DNA of 54,311 bases, counting the filler, from Catajapyx aquilonaris (Eukaryota): NCBI GenBank assembly GCA_000934665.2. It is 3 parts of 3 records of this genome, joined end to end, with 100 filler letters (N's around TTAATTAATTAA, not from the genome) between each part and the next. Parts side by side here need not be neighbours in the genome. Positions count along the whole stretch, not along the records: positions 18,572 to 36,398 come from KZ539605.1; positions 36,499 to 54,311 come from KZ539606.1; 1 more part is not named here. One strand, written 5' to 3'. The notes below the pieces were generated by a model. It did no database searches, was not told the DNA's origin, and saw only the letters and a program-made list of their open reading frames with translations. Positions 25,988 to 36,897 of the stretch are shown one piece after another. The translations under genes and the position numbers were made by a program. Within the stretch, counting starts at the first letter, position 1. Every line of letters starts with the position of its first letter.

Positions 25988-26611
25988 ACAAGGAAAGGTT
26001 ATCCATTGCAGATGGAGTTGCTGAATGTAACTTGGCACAATAATATAGGCATGTAAGTGATTAACTAAAATGCAAACCGTTTTGGCCGAGCACTACATGG
26101 TCATAAGTTATGACCTCTCGATGTCAGCCCAGACAGCTTACCTAAGCGGGAAGGCTAAGGCACACGCAGATGAAAAGACGCACAGCAAATTAGCACTTAT
26201 GCATGTTTTAAATTATACGTTCAAAACGTAGGTTCAAAACAAAATACATTTGTACAATGAGCACATCTCATAAACGACCATGCATGTATCATTTGGACTA
26301 CTATGACTCGAGTCGAAGCAGAATTCGGAAGGCATTTGGAATGCATAGGCCTCTCTTCCAAATAGACAGCTTTGTAAAATGCGTACTTAATTAACAAACC
26401 GAGGGGTCGAAAACTGAAAATGAGTCTGCTTTTTTGAGTGTTAAATCTGAAACTTCGCTCCTAAGGTAAACTGTCCAAGCTGACATCGAGAGGTCATGAC
26501 ATTTGACCTTGTAGCGTTGGGCCAAAACGGTTTTCATATAACTTACCTGCCTCTATTATTGTGCAAAGTTTCATTCAGAAAATCCATCTACAATGGATGA
26601 CCTACCCTTGT
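25988..26611. mobile_element. Foldback element with about 165-bp diverged inverted arms
   Basis: AAACCGTTTTGGCC...ATGACCTCTCGATGTCAGC vs GCTGACATCGAGAGGTCAT...GGCCAAAACGGTTT, extending to ATCCATTGCAGATGG/CCATCTACAATGGAT. Confidence 0.75.
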
Positions 26612-26760
26612 TTTCCCAAGCCCACCTTTTTCTGGAACAAACATGGCACCTTCTAAGACACTTCCTGTACATGATACTCTGTTTTTGTGCTTTCATGGTT
26701 AATGGGGTTGTCAGAACTATGTGCCTACCTATTTCTCATGAAAGTACTATTTCACTCCAG

Positions 26761-26874
26761 TTGGAAATGGAAGACAAACATCTCACAATGATTGGAGGTG
26801 TGTTGGCCCAATGGAACAATGATGAAATCGAATACAGGAGGCAGAGAAGCTGGGACAGTCACAATGTTGAAATG
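26761..26874 (+). CDS. Exon 3 of nested coiled-coil gene
   Basis: ctccag acceptor, 114 nt, phase 0/0, [38 protein letters not shown], followed by a 58-nt intron. Confidence 0.65.
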
Positions 26875-26932
26875 GTGTGAGGTTATTTGTTTCATAGTTT
26901 CCGTCAGGTTTTATCATCCATTAATTTTTCAG

Positions 26933-27078
26933 AATGCCGCAAAAATTGAGGCTGAGTGTAACCTTAAGTTGATGACCCAGCCTCAAGACTTAAAGAACAA
27001 GTTAAAGGCACTTACTGAGGTGGCTGTGAGACAGATCCAGGAACAAGTATCAGACAACTTCAAGAAGAATTTTCTTCT
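26933..27078 (+). CDS. Exon 4 of nested coiled-coil gene
   Basis: tttttcag acceptor, NAAKIEAEC...LKNKLKALTEVAVRQIQEQVSDNFKKNFL, CT|gtaaag phase-2 donor. Confidence 0.6.
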
Positions 27079-27530
27079 GTAAAGTGGTTTCAGGGATATG
27101 ATACCTTCATATGTTGTTAATGAGCATCCCTGTCCAATTTAGAGCGTTTGTAGTTAACTTCCACATGATTGTTACTGATTACTGGAGCAGTGGCAGATGG
27201 TTACAGTATATAAAAGATACCCATTTTCACATCTTTCACAATTTCAGTATAGTTATGAAATGGCTGTGAACATTTATTTTGTATGCCCTGTTGTTTGCTG
27301 CCTGCGGAAGCCACAATCAACTTGCTCCTGCTTAAGTAGTACATTTCAAGTTAATATGATATGTCAAACTCTGACTTTGCGTTCTGTAGTTTAAGATCAC
27401 TACCCCTAATATGTTAAAATGTTGTAATTAATCTTAATATGCAATATCACCAAAGAGCATGAAAATTGATGTTCCAAATAATTTTTCACATGTCTCACGA
27501 AATAAAAATTCTACCACAAACTGTACTTAC

Positions 27531-27596
27531 GGGTCTTCGCTTTTTCAGTGTGAAATTTTTCCATAGAAGCAACTTCAGCTGTAGGTAGAAACCCAT
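27531..27596 (-). CDS. ABCA2: ABCA-family (ABCA2-like) transporter, first coding exon
   Basis: aaaATG MGFYLQLKLLLWKNFTLKKRRP |gtaagt. LLLWKN is the ABCA N-terminal hallmark. Probable acceptor ctttcag at 27666-27667. Confidence 0.9.
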
Positions 27597-27619
27597 TTTG
27601 TGCTATATCTTGTTACCAG

Positions 27620-27833
27620 TTGTGAGGAAGAGGTGTGCAATGAAATCCAGGCCATCAATCATGTTCTGAAAGAGGTCAAATTGAATGAAAGCTTTTGCTC
27701 TAAAAAAATGTCACTTGAATGCTTATCAAGTTACATATTTCACATGTCAGGCTTGAAGGCTGATGTACTACGTCTGCTGGTTAATGAAATGCTTATCAGG
27801 AAGCTACCCAAGCAGATAGGGCCAGGGAGTTGA
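27620..27833 (+). CDS. Last coding exon(s) of nested coiled-coil gene
   Basis: accag acceptor, phase 2 matches exon 4, CEEEVCNEIQAINHVLKE. It either reads to the stop at 27833 or splices 27674->27751 (A-stop). AATAAA at 27880-27885. Confidence 0.45.
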
Positions 27834-27891
27834 AAGCCAAGCACAATGGAGTGTGACAACCACAAGGGACTACCACTGCAATAAACATTAT

Positions 27892-27999
27892 GGGTGGAAT
27901 TTTCGTCCCACTGATAGTTACTGCTAACTTAGCAGTACCAGTGTTGGCAATGGTACTGCTAAGTTAGCAGTAACTATCAGTGAGACGAAAATTCCACCC
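27892..27999. mobile_element. 108-bp hairpin MITE (PIF/Harbinger-like termini)
   Basis: 49-bp arms with one mismatch (GGGTGGAATTTTCGTC...), 10-nt loop, 3-bp TAT flanks. Confidence 0.8.
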
Positions 28000-28939
28000 T
28001 ATTGCATCATCGCATAACTTTAACTTTGATAATTTTATCAATTACCAAGAGTTGGAAATTTAAATTCTGGTCCACCCTTTCAACACTTTCTGCATGGTTA
28101 GCTAAAATGCGCTGCTCTCTTCTCATGCTCAGGTAAAGGTCACAATACTCGGGGGCTGATCTAAATTGCAATGGTAGTTTGGATTAGTACTATAATTAAT
28201 TAATTATATGTGGCCCCCATCATGAGCAATGCTAAAGCAGCTAACAAAAGAGCATCACAATCTTGTAAAAGGGCAACTTCAATTGTTTCAGGCCAATTAC
28301 ACATTTTATCAACACTTCTTGATACTACAACCCGAGAATGGTAATCATATCACAAGCCTTTAATCGTTGCTTTCACTGTCGACAATCCTAATCACAATTG
28401 TGATGTCAGTACTATTCTTTGGTTGGCACAATAAGAAGTTGGTTTCTAGTTTCACTTTGGGAAAAAAGGTAACACCACTCTGCACGCCTGAGCTGCACAT
28501 GACCAAGCACACACTTCAACATTGATACTGAATAGATATATGTCACTCTTTTTATCATTGCATATTATGTGAGACAGACATGTTTTCCTCGATGTTTTCC
28601 TCAAAGTCATTACCATACATCCTTGTGCACGGACATTAACCCAACCTGGCAACCCCCAAATCCATACTGTATTGCTATGCGAGTATTTGCACAATAAATG
28701 CCTGGTATCCACTGTACTATAATTACCCTCCCTCACTTACAGTGAAGCCCATAGAGCCGCCAAATTCTGCCCCCTCCCCCTCCTCTCTGTCCCCTCCCAA
28801 ACCTCCTATTCTCCCGCCACCAATCAATTCCCCACGTCCTTCGCCCGCTCAGCAAACCAACAAAACAAACCGAAAAAAGAGTGGACACGATTGCGAGACA
28901 CGTCTCAAAACGATTGCAACAATGCGTCAACACTTTAGT

Positions 28940-29570
28940 ATTAGACAGTGCCACCATCCCTCACCTAGGCCACATGTGTCCCCTGGGCAAGATGTCATGG
29001 TGCCGGGGACGATGGGTATCCTGGATAATTTCTGGAGCCACGGCGACGTCGGATCGAGCCGTGTGCCAATGAGCTGGTGTCGACTATTGTCGCTGGCACA
29101 GCTGAGCTCCCTCCCTGCCTGCCTTCCCGTCGTCCCTATCTTCCACTCCCCACCAGCTACACTGCCGACCTAGTAGAAGTGTGGCCGGCGCAATCGCCCT
29201 GCTGCATGCCCGTTTGCTGACACTCGCACTTGCCCAGGGATAGGAGCGTGATTGGGAGGTTGCAGGGAGGACGAGGTGGTGGTGTGGGGGTATGGAGGGT
29301 GGTGGTCGGGGTGAAAGAGGACCGAAGGACTTTGATCAGCTGATCAGACGTCGCTCGGCCCGGACAAGGAGTAAGGGAACAGCCAATCAGGGACGCTTCT
29401 CGGGGGGAGACAGGCCAATCAGGAGGTGATTACGAGGCGCTCGCTTTGATCTGGCACACGATCTGGCAGGAAGCACAGGGCGCGGCGTCTCTGCACCTCA
29501 GTGTCACCTTATCATTCGGCTGATTGCGCCCCACCCACACCCCACCCACACAATGGTGCGATAGGGCAGA
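28940..29570 (-). promoter_or_regulatory. GC/CpG-rich promoter and probable non-coding first exon of the ABCA gene
   Basis: Two GCCAATCAG boxes (CCAAT at 29383 and 29415). Candidate minus-strand donors TAG|gtgagg at about 28964 and ACT|gtaagt at about 28740. Confidence 0.5.
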
Positions 29571-30346
29571 TAGGCTTGTAAGTGCAAGCAGGTGAAATCA
29601 TTTATCTGTCATTTCGCAGCCGCAATCCATTCGTTATGAAACAACGCAAATGTTGTCATATGCCAGTTGTTACCAGCATGACACAATGCAGTCACATAAC
29701 ATATGTCTCATTATTTACTGGCTTTACCTGAACCTGAGGCACATATTTCAGTGGAATGACAGTATGGTAACATTTATCATACATGTAACTGCAAATTGCA
29801 GACACCAACATCTGTCACAGAATGCTTCAATGACAGTTGCCTTGTTATTCGCAGAGGTTTTAAAAAAATGTTATTTGAATGTGCCACCTCTTTTGACATG
29901 ACTGAAGGTTCATATGGTACAGGCAACTTCATCTTCTAAAAGAAAAACAAAAGATTCTCAAAGGACTTCGGTGTGTACACCTAAACATTTCAGTAATTAT
30001 TCACTGACAATGAAAGCTTGCTATTTTAATCTTGGTGTATAAGTCATCTTGGGAAGAGCAGGACGGTGTTCTCCCACTGACTGAGAGTTTCTTTCAGTGC
30101 TTCATGTAGGATTAGTAGCTTAGTGCATCTATGTCAGCATTTTAAAAAAAGACATTTGCCATATTTTATAAGCTCACCAAGGGCTTGTAGACATTTAAAA
30201 CCACTGAAATGAATATGAACAGACACAACAGCTATAAATTAAAAATTATTTATTAAGAGTCTTCAAGTTCCTGAGCTTGTCTTCTGGTATACTGTACACA
30301 CCTGTACCCACATTAATGAGGATTACTTACTCACTTAATTACATGA

Positions 30347-30914
30347 TACCGTATTACCTCTCATATTGCGGCATGCCGGTATAAAACGAGGTAGACCAGC
30401 ATGCCAGTATAACCCGGGGGTGGCCGGCATGCGGCATTAACCAAGGTAGATTTCCGTATTTTTGATCCTTGCCAAATTTTTTGGAATGCTTCTGGTACCA
30501 TACTAAAATAATGTTACAATGAAAATGGACGAGTCCACAGGCTGTGAGAATATGTAAGTTCTGTTGCACAGTGCATTTAAAAAATGTAGAGTGTATGACC
30601 AATCCCATCGTCAGCCTGCTTTGACAGGGGAACCCCCCTGCTCCAACATACTGTAATAGAGATTATTGCCAAACACTGCGATTGAAAACAATGTAATTAT
30701 GGTACGGGTACCCTATTTGGAAAATGTGCCTTTTCGATAACCTTTACGTGAATTTCGATTTTCAGGCAAATGCCAAGTTCAGAAAGGATAATGTAACTTA
30801 TGTGAAAACCTCGCCTTATACCACCATGCCGGTATAGCCACCAGATCATGCAGCTCTAAAAACTGGTCAACCTCGCCTACACCGGCATACCGCAATATGA
30901 GAGGTAATACGGTA
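30347..30914. mobile_element. pogo/Tc1-like non-autonomous element, internally deleted copy
   Basis: TIR TACCGTATTACCTCTCATATTGCGG / CCGCAATATGAGAGGTAATACGGTA. Homologous to 32254-33188. Confidence 0.85.
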
Positions 30915-31129
30915 TACTGTATAACAATTACATTTAGCTTTATTGTGCAGAAGATTCAGTGTCCTGTAGCTCCAACAGGATATGAAATATCTGCTTTCAT
31001 AAATAACAACCTTAAAATATTTGACCATCTCAATACATTTGCTTTGATGAAGGCTAGAGAAAATAACTTTTCTTACTGAGAACTTTTATATTGTAACTAG
31101 GGGCAGATGGTTTTCTTGGCATCCATTAA

Positions 31130-31404
31130 CCCGTAACTTCTTAGGTGGCCGAAACACCTTTAGTTACTTAGGTGGAGCCTAAGTGGCTCTAATGGTATAT
31201 TTAAATCTCTGCTTATCAGCTAAATTGTTATATTAGACTTTTCACATACAGAAAGTGAAGTTCAGAAAATTAGGCTTCCGAAAACATAAAAATCACATTT
31301 GTGACAAATTCACGGAAGGACAGGGGAAAAAAAATTTAATTTACAAGGTACAGCACGTTTAAATAGTGTTGGTGCAGCTCAAGCTCCACCTAAGTAGTTG
31401 AGGG
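31130..31404. mobile_element. piggyBac-like MITE, shorter diverged copy of 18857-19368
   Basis: TTAA TSDs, CCC...GGG termini, shared body TAGGTGGCCGAAACACCTTT...TAGGCTTCCGAAAAC. Confidence 0.85.
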
Positions 31405-32253
31405 TTAAGCCAATATCTGAGTACCACACATCTGCCAATTTGCAGACTCCATGTACCGTAATAACCTGTGCTGTGGATTGGAGTGAGGTTTGAGGAGAGA
31501 AAGGGTCTAAAAGTGGAAATTAACATGCAAATGATGAAAACAAAAGGTGAGTTCACACCACAGTTTACACTATGGGGCCATCCTGAATGCAATTAGATAT
31601 ATGCCTTCAACTTGGCCTTTTGGATACACTCAATTTGCAATTCCAAAAGGTTTACTGCACTTGGTTTACCACATGTGCAGATGTGTCCTTTTGTGGTTCA
31701 ATGTACTAAAAATGGTGGGCATGACAGAGATGCCACCTCTGTCCAGTCAAGTATGTTGGCAATATTTGCAATGTTCCACCCAGCTGACACATATGCACTG
31801 AGCCACCTCTCAGTTAGCTCACATATAAGATATAACTTGTCATTCAAGATGCAGTTAGCTTCTACTGTAAGTTTGAAAGTGCAAATAGAGTATCTCAAAT
31901 TGGGTCAGAGTACAAATAGCAGACAGCCCTCGACATCTGACCTTATGGGGGCGGAAGAGAGAATTTTGTGTATCTAGCCCCACAGTGTGAACACATGTAA
32001 AAAAAAAAATACTATATTCAATTCAGGTGTGCATACATTTCTTCATTTAGAAGAGGATCCAAGGAAGTTGAACATGTTCCTTTACTTGCTGAGCACAGTA
32101 CTATACTCACAGGAGATATAATATTTTTTACACATTCGTATGGTTTGTTCTTTAATCTGACAGAAGTTACCTCCTTCATCACACACATTGGTCTTTACTT
32201 TAATTTGTCTTTTCCTTTCCAACTCAAACAACTGGCCTGCCCTGGCCAACACT

Positions 32254-33188
32254 TACTGTATTACCGGTACCTCTCATAAAGTGGCATGCCGGTATAAAAT
32301 GAGGTCGACCAGCATCCCGGTATAACACGGGGGTCGCCGGCATGCCGTAATAACCGGGCATATTTCCGTGATTTTGATCCTTGCCAAATTTTTTGGAATG
32401 CTTCTGGTACTGTACTAAAATAATGTTACAATGAAAATGGGCGAGTGTACAGGCTGTGAGAATTGCACAGTGCATATAAAAAATGTAGTATGTGAGACCA
32501 ATCCCATCGTCGTCCTGCTCTGATAGGGGAACCCCCTGCTCCAACATACTGTTTAAATAGATTCTTGCCAGACACTGCAACTGAAAACAATATATGGAAC
32601 AGGTATCCTATTTGGAAAATGGGATAAACGATAACAACGCGGTTGGGGTTGGGCGGGCGGGGGGCCTCCCAACGGTTGGCAACGTTGCGTCGCAAACAAT
32701 CGGGTGCCTTGATACTGCTGCCAACCAAATTCGAATGCCTTCACGGTTGCTTGACGAAGTGTCGTTCTTTGGGTTAACGGACTGCAGCAACCATCATGGC
32801 TTTCATATTTCCCACCTCCTTCATTAATACTGTGGTCCTAGCACTAGTCTGATCGGTTTGCGTGGCAGGGGTAACAAGACGCCCTTTGTTGTGCTCTCCG
32901 ATTGTTTGCGACCTGTAGCCAACATGTTTGGAGCCCACCACGCCTTCTCAACCCCAACGCGTCGCTAGGTGCGGATAAACGATAGACTTTCCGGAAAAGG
33001 TGCCTTTTTGATAGCCTTTACGTTAATTTTGATTTTCAGGCAAATGTCAAATTCGGAAAAGATAATGTAACTCATGTAAAAACCTCGCCTTATACCGGCA
33101 TGCCCGTATAGCCACCAGATAATGCATTTCTAAAAACTGGTCGACCTCGACTTCACCGGCAGGCCTCTTTATGAGAGGTAATACGGTA
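32254..33188. mobile_element. pogo/Tc1-like non-autonomous element, longer copy
   Basis: Same ends as 30347-30914 plus about 370 bp of extra internal sequence. Confidence 0.85.
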
Positions 33189-33347
33189 TCATCTTTAATT
33201 AAATTTCCTGAACCATTCTTTTCAAGGAGGAACAGAATCTTCCCTCATCACCTCATCCACAAGGTGTGAATTGTTTGTGAAGTAATTTTTTATCACACCT
33301 CATAATGGAGTTGTAGGCTCTATCTGGAATATTCCTTTCATGTTCAA

Positions 33348-33566
33348 GCAGCATGGTGGTGTAGTGGATAAAGTCACAGCCTACCACATCTGGGGTCCCG
33401 CATTCAATCCTTGGATTGGACATAGAATTTTATCATGTAGAGAGGGATTTGAGAAGTTCTCTCTGTATTAATGTGGATATTCTTGGGGTTCTCACATTTC
33501 CTGTCACTGCCCAGAAACCTCTCTGCCCCTCTCACCTTTCCCTATGCCATATAATCAATCATTCCA
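33348..33566 (+). mobile_element. Degraded tRNA-derived SINE
   Basis: A-box TGGTGTAGTGG and B-box-like CATTCAATCC, non-tRNA body, AATC tail. Confidence 0.6.
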
Positions 33567-33825
33567 GTGGGGAGGCATGGTGGCGGAGTTGAAAACGACT
33601 CGGCTTGCTGTGTGAAAGGTCCCGGGTTCGATCCCTGCCCGGGAGTTCCCTTTCGCCTGCGTCAGGAGACGACTGGCAACCTAACCTTCAGGATGACTGA
33701 CATGACCCAGTTTCAGACATTGCATTTGCACCTGTGTCTCCTCCCCAGAAATCCCCATCCCTACCTCATGTCCTTCCTTCCCTAAAGGAGCGCTATTCTA
33801 ACAGGGATTTTTTTTAAAAGCAATC
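33567..33825 (+). mobile_element. tRNA-derived SINE with 14-bp TSD
   Basis: B-box GGTTCGATCCC. AATCAATCATTCCA duplicated at 33553-33566 and 33826-33839. Confidence 0.8.
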
Positions 33826-33963
33826 AATCAATCATTCCATGCAGGATACACGTCAAGCAACCTATTTTCAACAAAGGCCAGAACATTCACAAACCATAAA
33901 CCTTCCAAAAACTAGCTGTGATGCCACATAATTATGATAATCAAGTAGCAAACAGAATGTTAA

Positions 33964-34462
33964 GGCGGTGCATTAGCAAAAAAATACGGTAACAATGCGA
34001 GCCCTTGAGGACGACCTAAACAAACTCCCTTATGCATGGGTAGCATGTGGGGATTCGACATGTCTACGCTTCTGCAGCCGTATGGCCGCAAAAATGGTGC
34101 AATCGACACCAATATTGGACCAAAAAATAGTAAATGATCTGGTGCAGGGCACCTTATTCGTCTTTTTTCCATTTTCGGCCTAGAAGTGACCTTTTCATCA
34201 AGTTGAAGTGAGAGGAAAATGGCGTTTCCGAAAAGTCCATGTGATTAACATGGCGGACAGAATCACATGAAAATTGGGAGCATTTCTGCGCCCGTATGTC
34301 CACAATTTTAATGCAATCGTGTCGAGTATGGTACCATTGTAAAGGCAAAACCTTTGCACAGGGCGCCTTATTTGTGATTTTTCAGATTAACGGCGCGTTT
34401 CGCTACAAAAAAATAAAGTTCCCTAAAAAATGCACCTACCGTATTTTTGCTAATGCGCCGCC
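33964..34462. mobile_element. TTAA-flanked MITE (Kolobok- or Harbinger-like)
   Basis: GGCGGTGCATTAGCAAAAAATACGGTA / TACCGTATTTTTGCTAATGCGCCGCC, TTAA on both sides. Confidence 0.8.
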
Positions 34463-34894
34463 TTAATAACTACATACGGTTCTGCTCTAACAAGTTACAG
34501 CACAGCCATCTGTAAGTAAAACTACATTGCCAGACAGGTTGTTATGATGTTGAACATGACTTCAGGGGTTTTGTCAAAAGGGATCGTTTACAGACTGTAG
34601 GTTGGATGGCATAATTGACAACACATGCTGATTTGGCACTCTCTTTCTCTTTCACCNNNNNNNNNNNNNNNCCCCCCCTCCAAACCAGCGAACAAACAAA
34701 CAAAACAAAACACACAATAGCATTTCATGGGAGAATGGAAACACATTTGCATTCTTTTCCCGCGTAACATTTTTATGGGGGTGATAGTCATAACTTCTGA
34801 CGTTGCCAGTGAATTAAGTTCTGCAATAACAGAAAGGTGCAAGCATCATAAAACATGCTTGCAATGATGAGATCCAACAGACCAACACTAGATT

Positions 34895-35050
34895 CTAAAG
34901 TTCATCATGAGTTGGGTTACCATGTAAGTTCTTAAATAATCGATGACTCTTGACATGCTCTGCAGCAATTCCAACAAGCCTAATAAACTCACCAACATCA
35001 AAAGCATAATTTGTAAACTTGGCATGTGCACCTCCATCTGGATGATGCCC
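34895..35050 (-). CDS. EOGT: EGF domain-specific O-GlcNAc transferase, terminal exon
   Basis: [26 protein letters not shown]...NPTHDEL-stop, with the C-terminal HDEL ER-retention signal and a ttgcag acceptor. Confidence 0.93.
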   Translation of the reverse strand, partial: GHHPDGGAHAKFTNYAFDVGEFIRLVGIAAEHVKSHRLFKNLHGNPTHDEL

Positions 35051-35108
35051 CTGCAATAATATGGTATTTATCACTTGCAAATAAAAAACTGATGTGAAGC
35101 TCTCTTAC

Positions 35109-35211
35109 CTCATCTTGTTGATGTAAGAGACTCATGTTCTCCCAAGTTATATATTTAACTCCTCTTAGACGGGCCAGATCCGAATAGCAAGCTGCATCTT
35201 CACAATTGTAC
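35109..35211 (-). CDS. EOGT: EOGT penultimate exon
   Basis: [34 protein letters not shown], tag| ... GAG|gtaaga, phase 2/0. Confidence 0.93.
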
Positions 35212-35585
35212 CTACATATATGATGCAATCAAATAATGTTAAATGGCATTTGGTAAAAAGATGATATTACATTATACAGTATTACATTATTATATTAAAC
35301 AGTAGCATATAGCAACTTGGAACTGCCTGTCTATACTCATTCCTTCTCACTTTACATTATTATCATTATCCAGTATTGATTAAGGCTCTACATATAATAA
35401 AGCATGATTCTAAGACTGTATCAGTTATGGAAAAGTCTACTTACGTTACGCAAAGGGTTTCAGGATGAATCCCTTATGTAAGTTGAGGACTTTCTGTATG
35501 CTCATTCTTCTTTCTTAAACTAGCATGCAACCATATTTGAACAAATATAACTTTAGGCCTGATCCTCTCTTTTCGAGAAACTCAC

Positions 35586-35719
35586 AATTCAAATGCTACA
35601 CCCCAATCAGGCAGGAACAAAAGGTGTGTGAGTCCAGCACCATGCATCCCAATAAGTACATCACTCTTCTGTGTAATTTCAAGCTGTTGCTTGAAAGTGA
35701 CTTCATGATTATACACAAC
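35586..35719 (-). CDS. EOGT: EOGT exon with the GT61 GMHGAGLT motif (missed by the ORF track)
   Basis: [45 protein letters not shown], ttttcag| ... TT|gtgag, phase 0/2. Confidence 0.93.
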
Positions 35720-36287
35720 CTGAAAAAATCATATTATTCCAATTAGCTTCACAATATTTTCATAGTTCAGAAAGGTCTCTAAATATTCAGGCAGAAAAAA
35801 AGGCAGAATTTAGTATTGCCAGTCCAAACAAATGCAGAGCATACAAATAAATAGCAAAGTTGGCTCTTCGGCGTGACAAAAGGTAACTGTTGATACAATT
35901 GAATTGCATCAATGTCTGAAAAGTTTCAGACTGCATCTTGTTGGCTACCTTCAAGTGTGGGAGTGAGTTATGTACACCATTGGAAAGCCCATGTAGTGTA
36001 TACAGTTACAGAAATCTAAAAAGTGTAAAATTCAGATATGTTCATAATCTGTGTGCATCAATATTGATCTCACATCCACATCAGTGAAAATTTCATGGAT
36101 GCTTGACAATGTGATCTCAATTTTAAGTGTGGCATGAAATCATACTGCTGCAGAGCCCATTAAACTGATAATAATTATCCAACAACTCATTGCCATCTTA
36201 GAACATAAGGCCATGGGAGCAAGTAGAAATGAGCATTCATGAAATAATTATCAATAACTTACTGTGTGTGCTAAATTCTGTAAGACA

Positions 36288-36398
36288 TTATACAGGGTGT
36301 GTATTGTAACTCTGCAAAGACTTGCAGGGGTAATAGAGGGGACCAAGACAAACATTTTTGACATAGGAAACCATGTCCGGAAACGCCATCTAGAGGGG
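36288..36398. mobile_element. Tc1/mariner-type element end truncated by the gap
   Basis: Starts TATACAGGGTG. Homologous (inverted) to 18572-18668. Confidence 0.75.
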
Positions 36399-36498
36399 NN
36401 NNNNNNNNNNNNNNNNNNNNNNNNNNNNNNNNNNNNNNNNNNTTAATTAATTAANNNNNNNNNNNNNNNNNNNNNNNNNNNNNNNNNNNNNNNNNNNN
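36399..36498. other. Assembly gap of unknown size with artificial linker
   Basis: 44 N + TTAATTAATTAA + 44 N. Confidence 0.95.
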
Positions 36499-36508
36499 CG
36501 GTCTTTAC

Positions 36509-36897
36509 CTGGGGTTCTGCTGCCCCTTCCCCACTCCCTCCAGCAGGCACTACGACTATGTCTCCTGCGACTGGGCGGTCTTCTCCGACACCACTGCTGC
36601 TGCATATGCGCATGCTGTCCATTTCCCTGTCCATTGGAATGGCTACAAAAAAGTTAATGTACATATTAGTAGAGCTTAATATATTACGGACAGGGGTTAC
36701 CTACCTGCCAACTCCTCCAGTCTGGCATGCTTTGTTGGTGGGTGACAGCAATATTGGCAGAAATGCCACCTACTCCCCTCCGTGGGTAACACATGCCCTG
36801 CATTGTATAAGAACAAGTTGCAGTCGCAGGAGCCGGTGTCCGCGTCTTCGGCCAAACATCTTCCACGCCGTACACTCTGAATGTCGAGGTTCTGCAT
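36509..36897 (-). CDS. Two 5' coding exons (36705-36897, 36509-36642) of an unknown gene with a Cys/His putative Zn-binding motif
   Basis: MQNLDIQSVRRGRCLAEDADTGSCDCNLF...FCQYCCHPPTKHARLEELA|AIPMDREM...AAEPQ. A 62-nt GT-AG intron in phase, a CAG|gtaaag donor, and a GC-rich upstream region with TGACGTCA at 37335-37342. Confidence 0.55.

Noticed and set aside
28741..28752. ATG GGC TTC ACT (MGFT) before a strong donor as the ABCA start
   Set aside because: A complete MGFYLQLKLLLWKN start exists at 27596, so this is likely UTR or chance.
33348..33640. tRNA genes (also 42740-42797)
   Set aside because: They have A/B boxes but no clean acceptor stem or terminator and continue into repeat bodies, so they are SINE heads.
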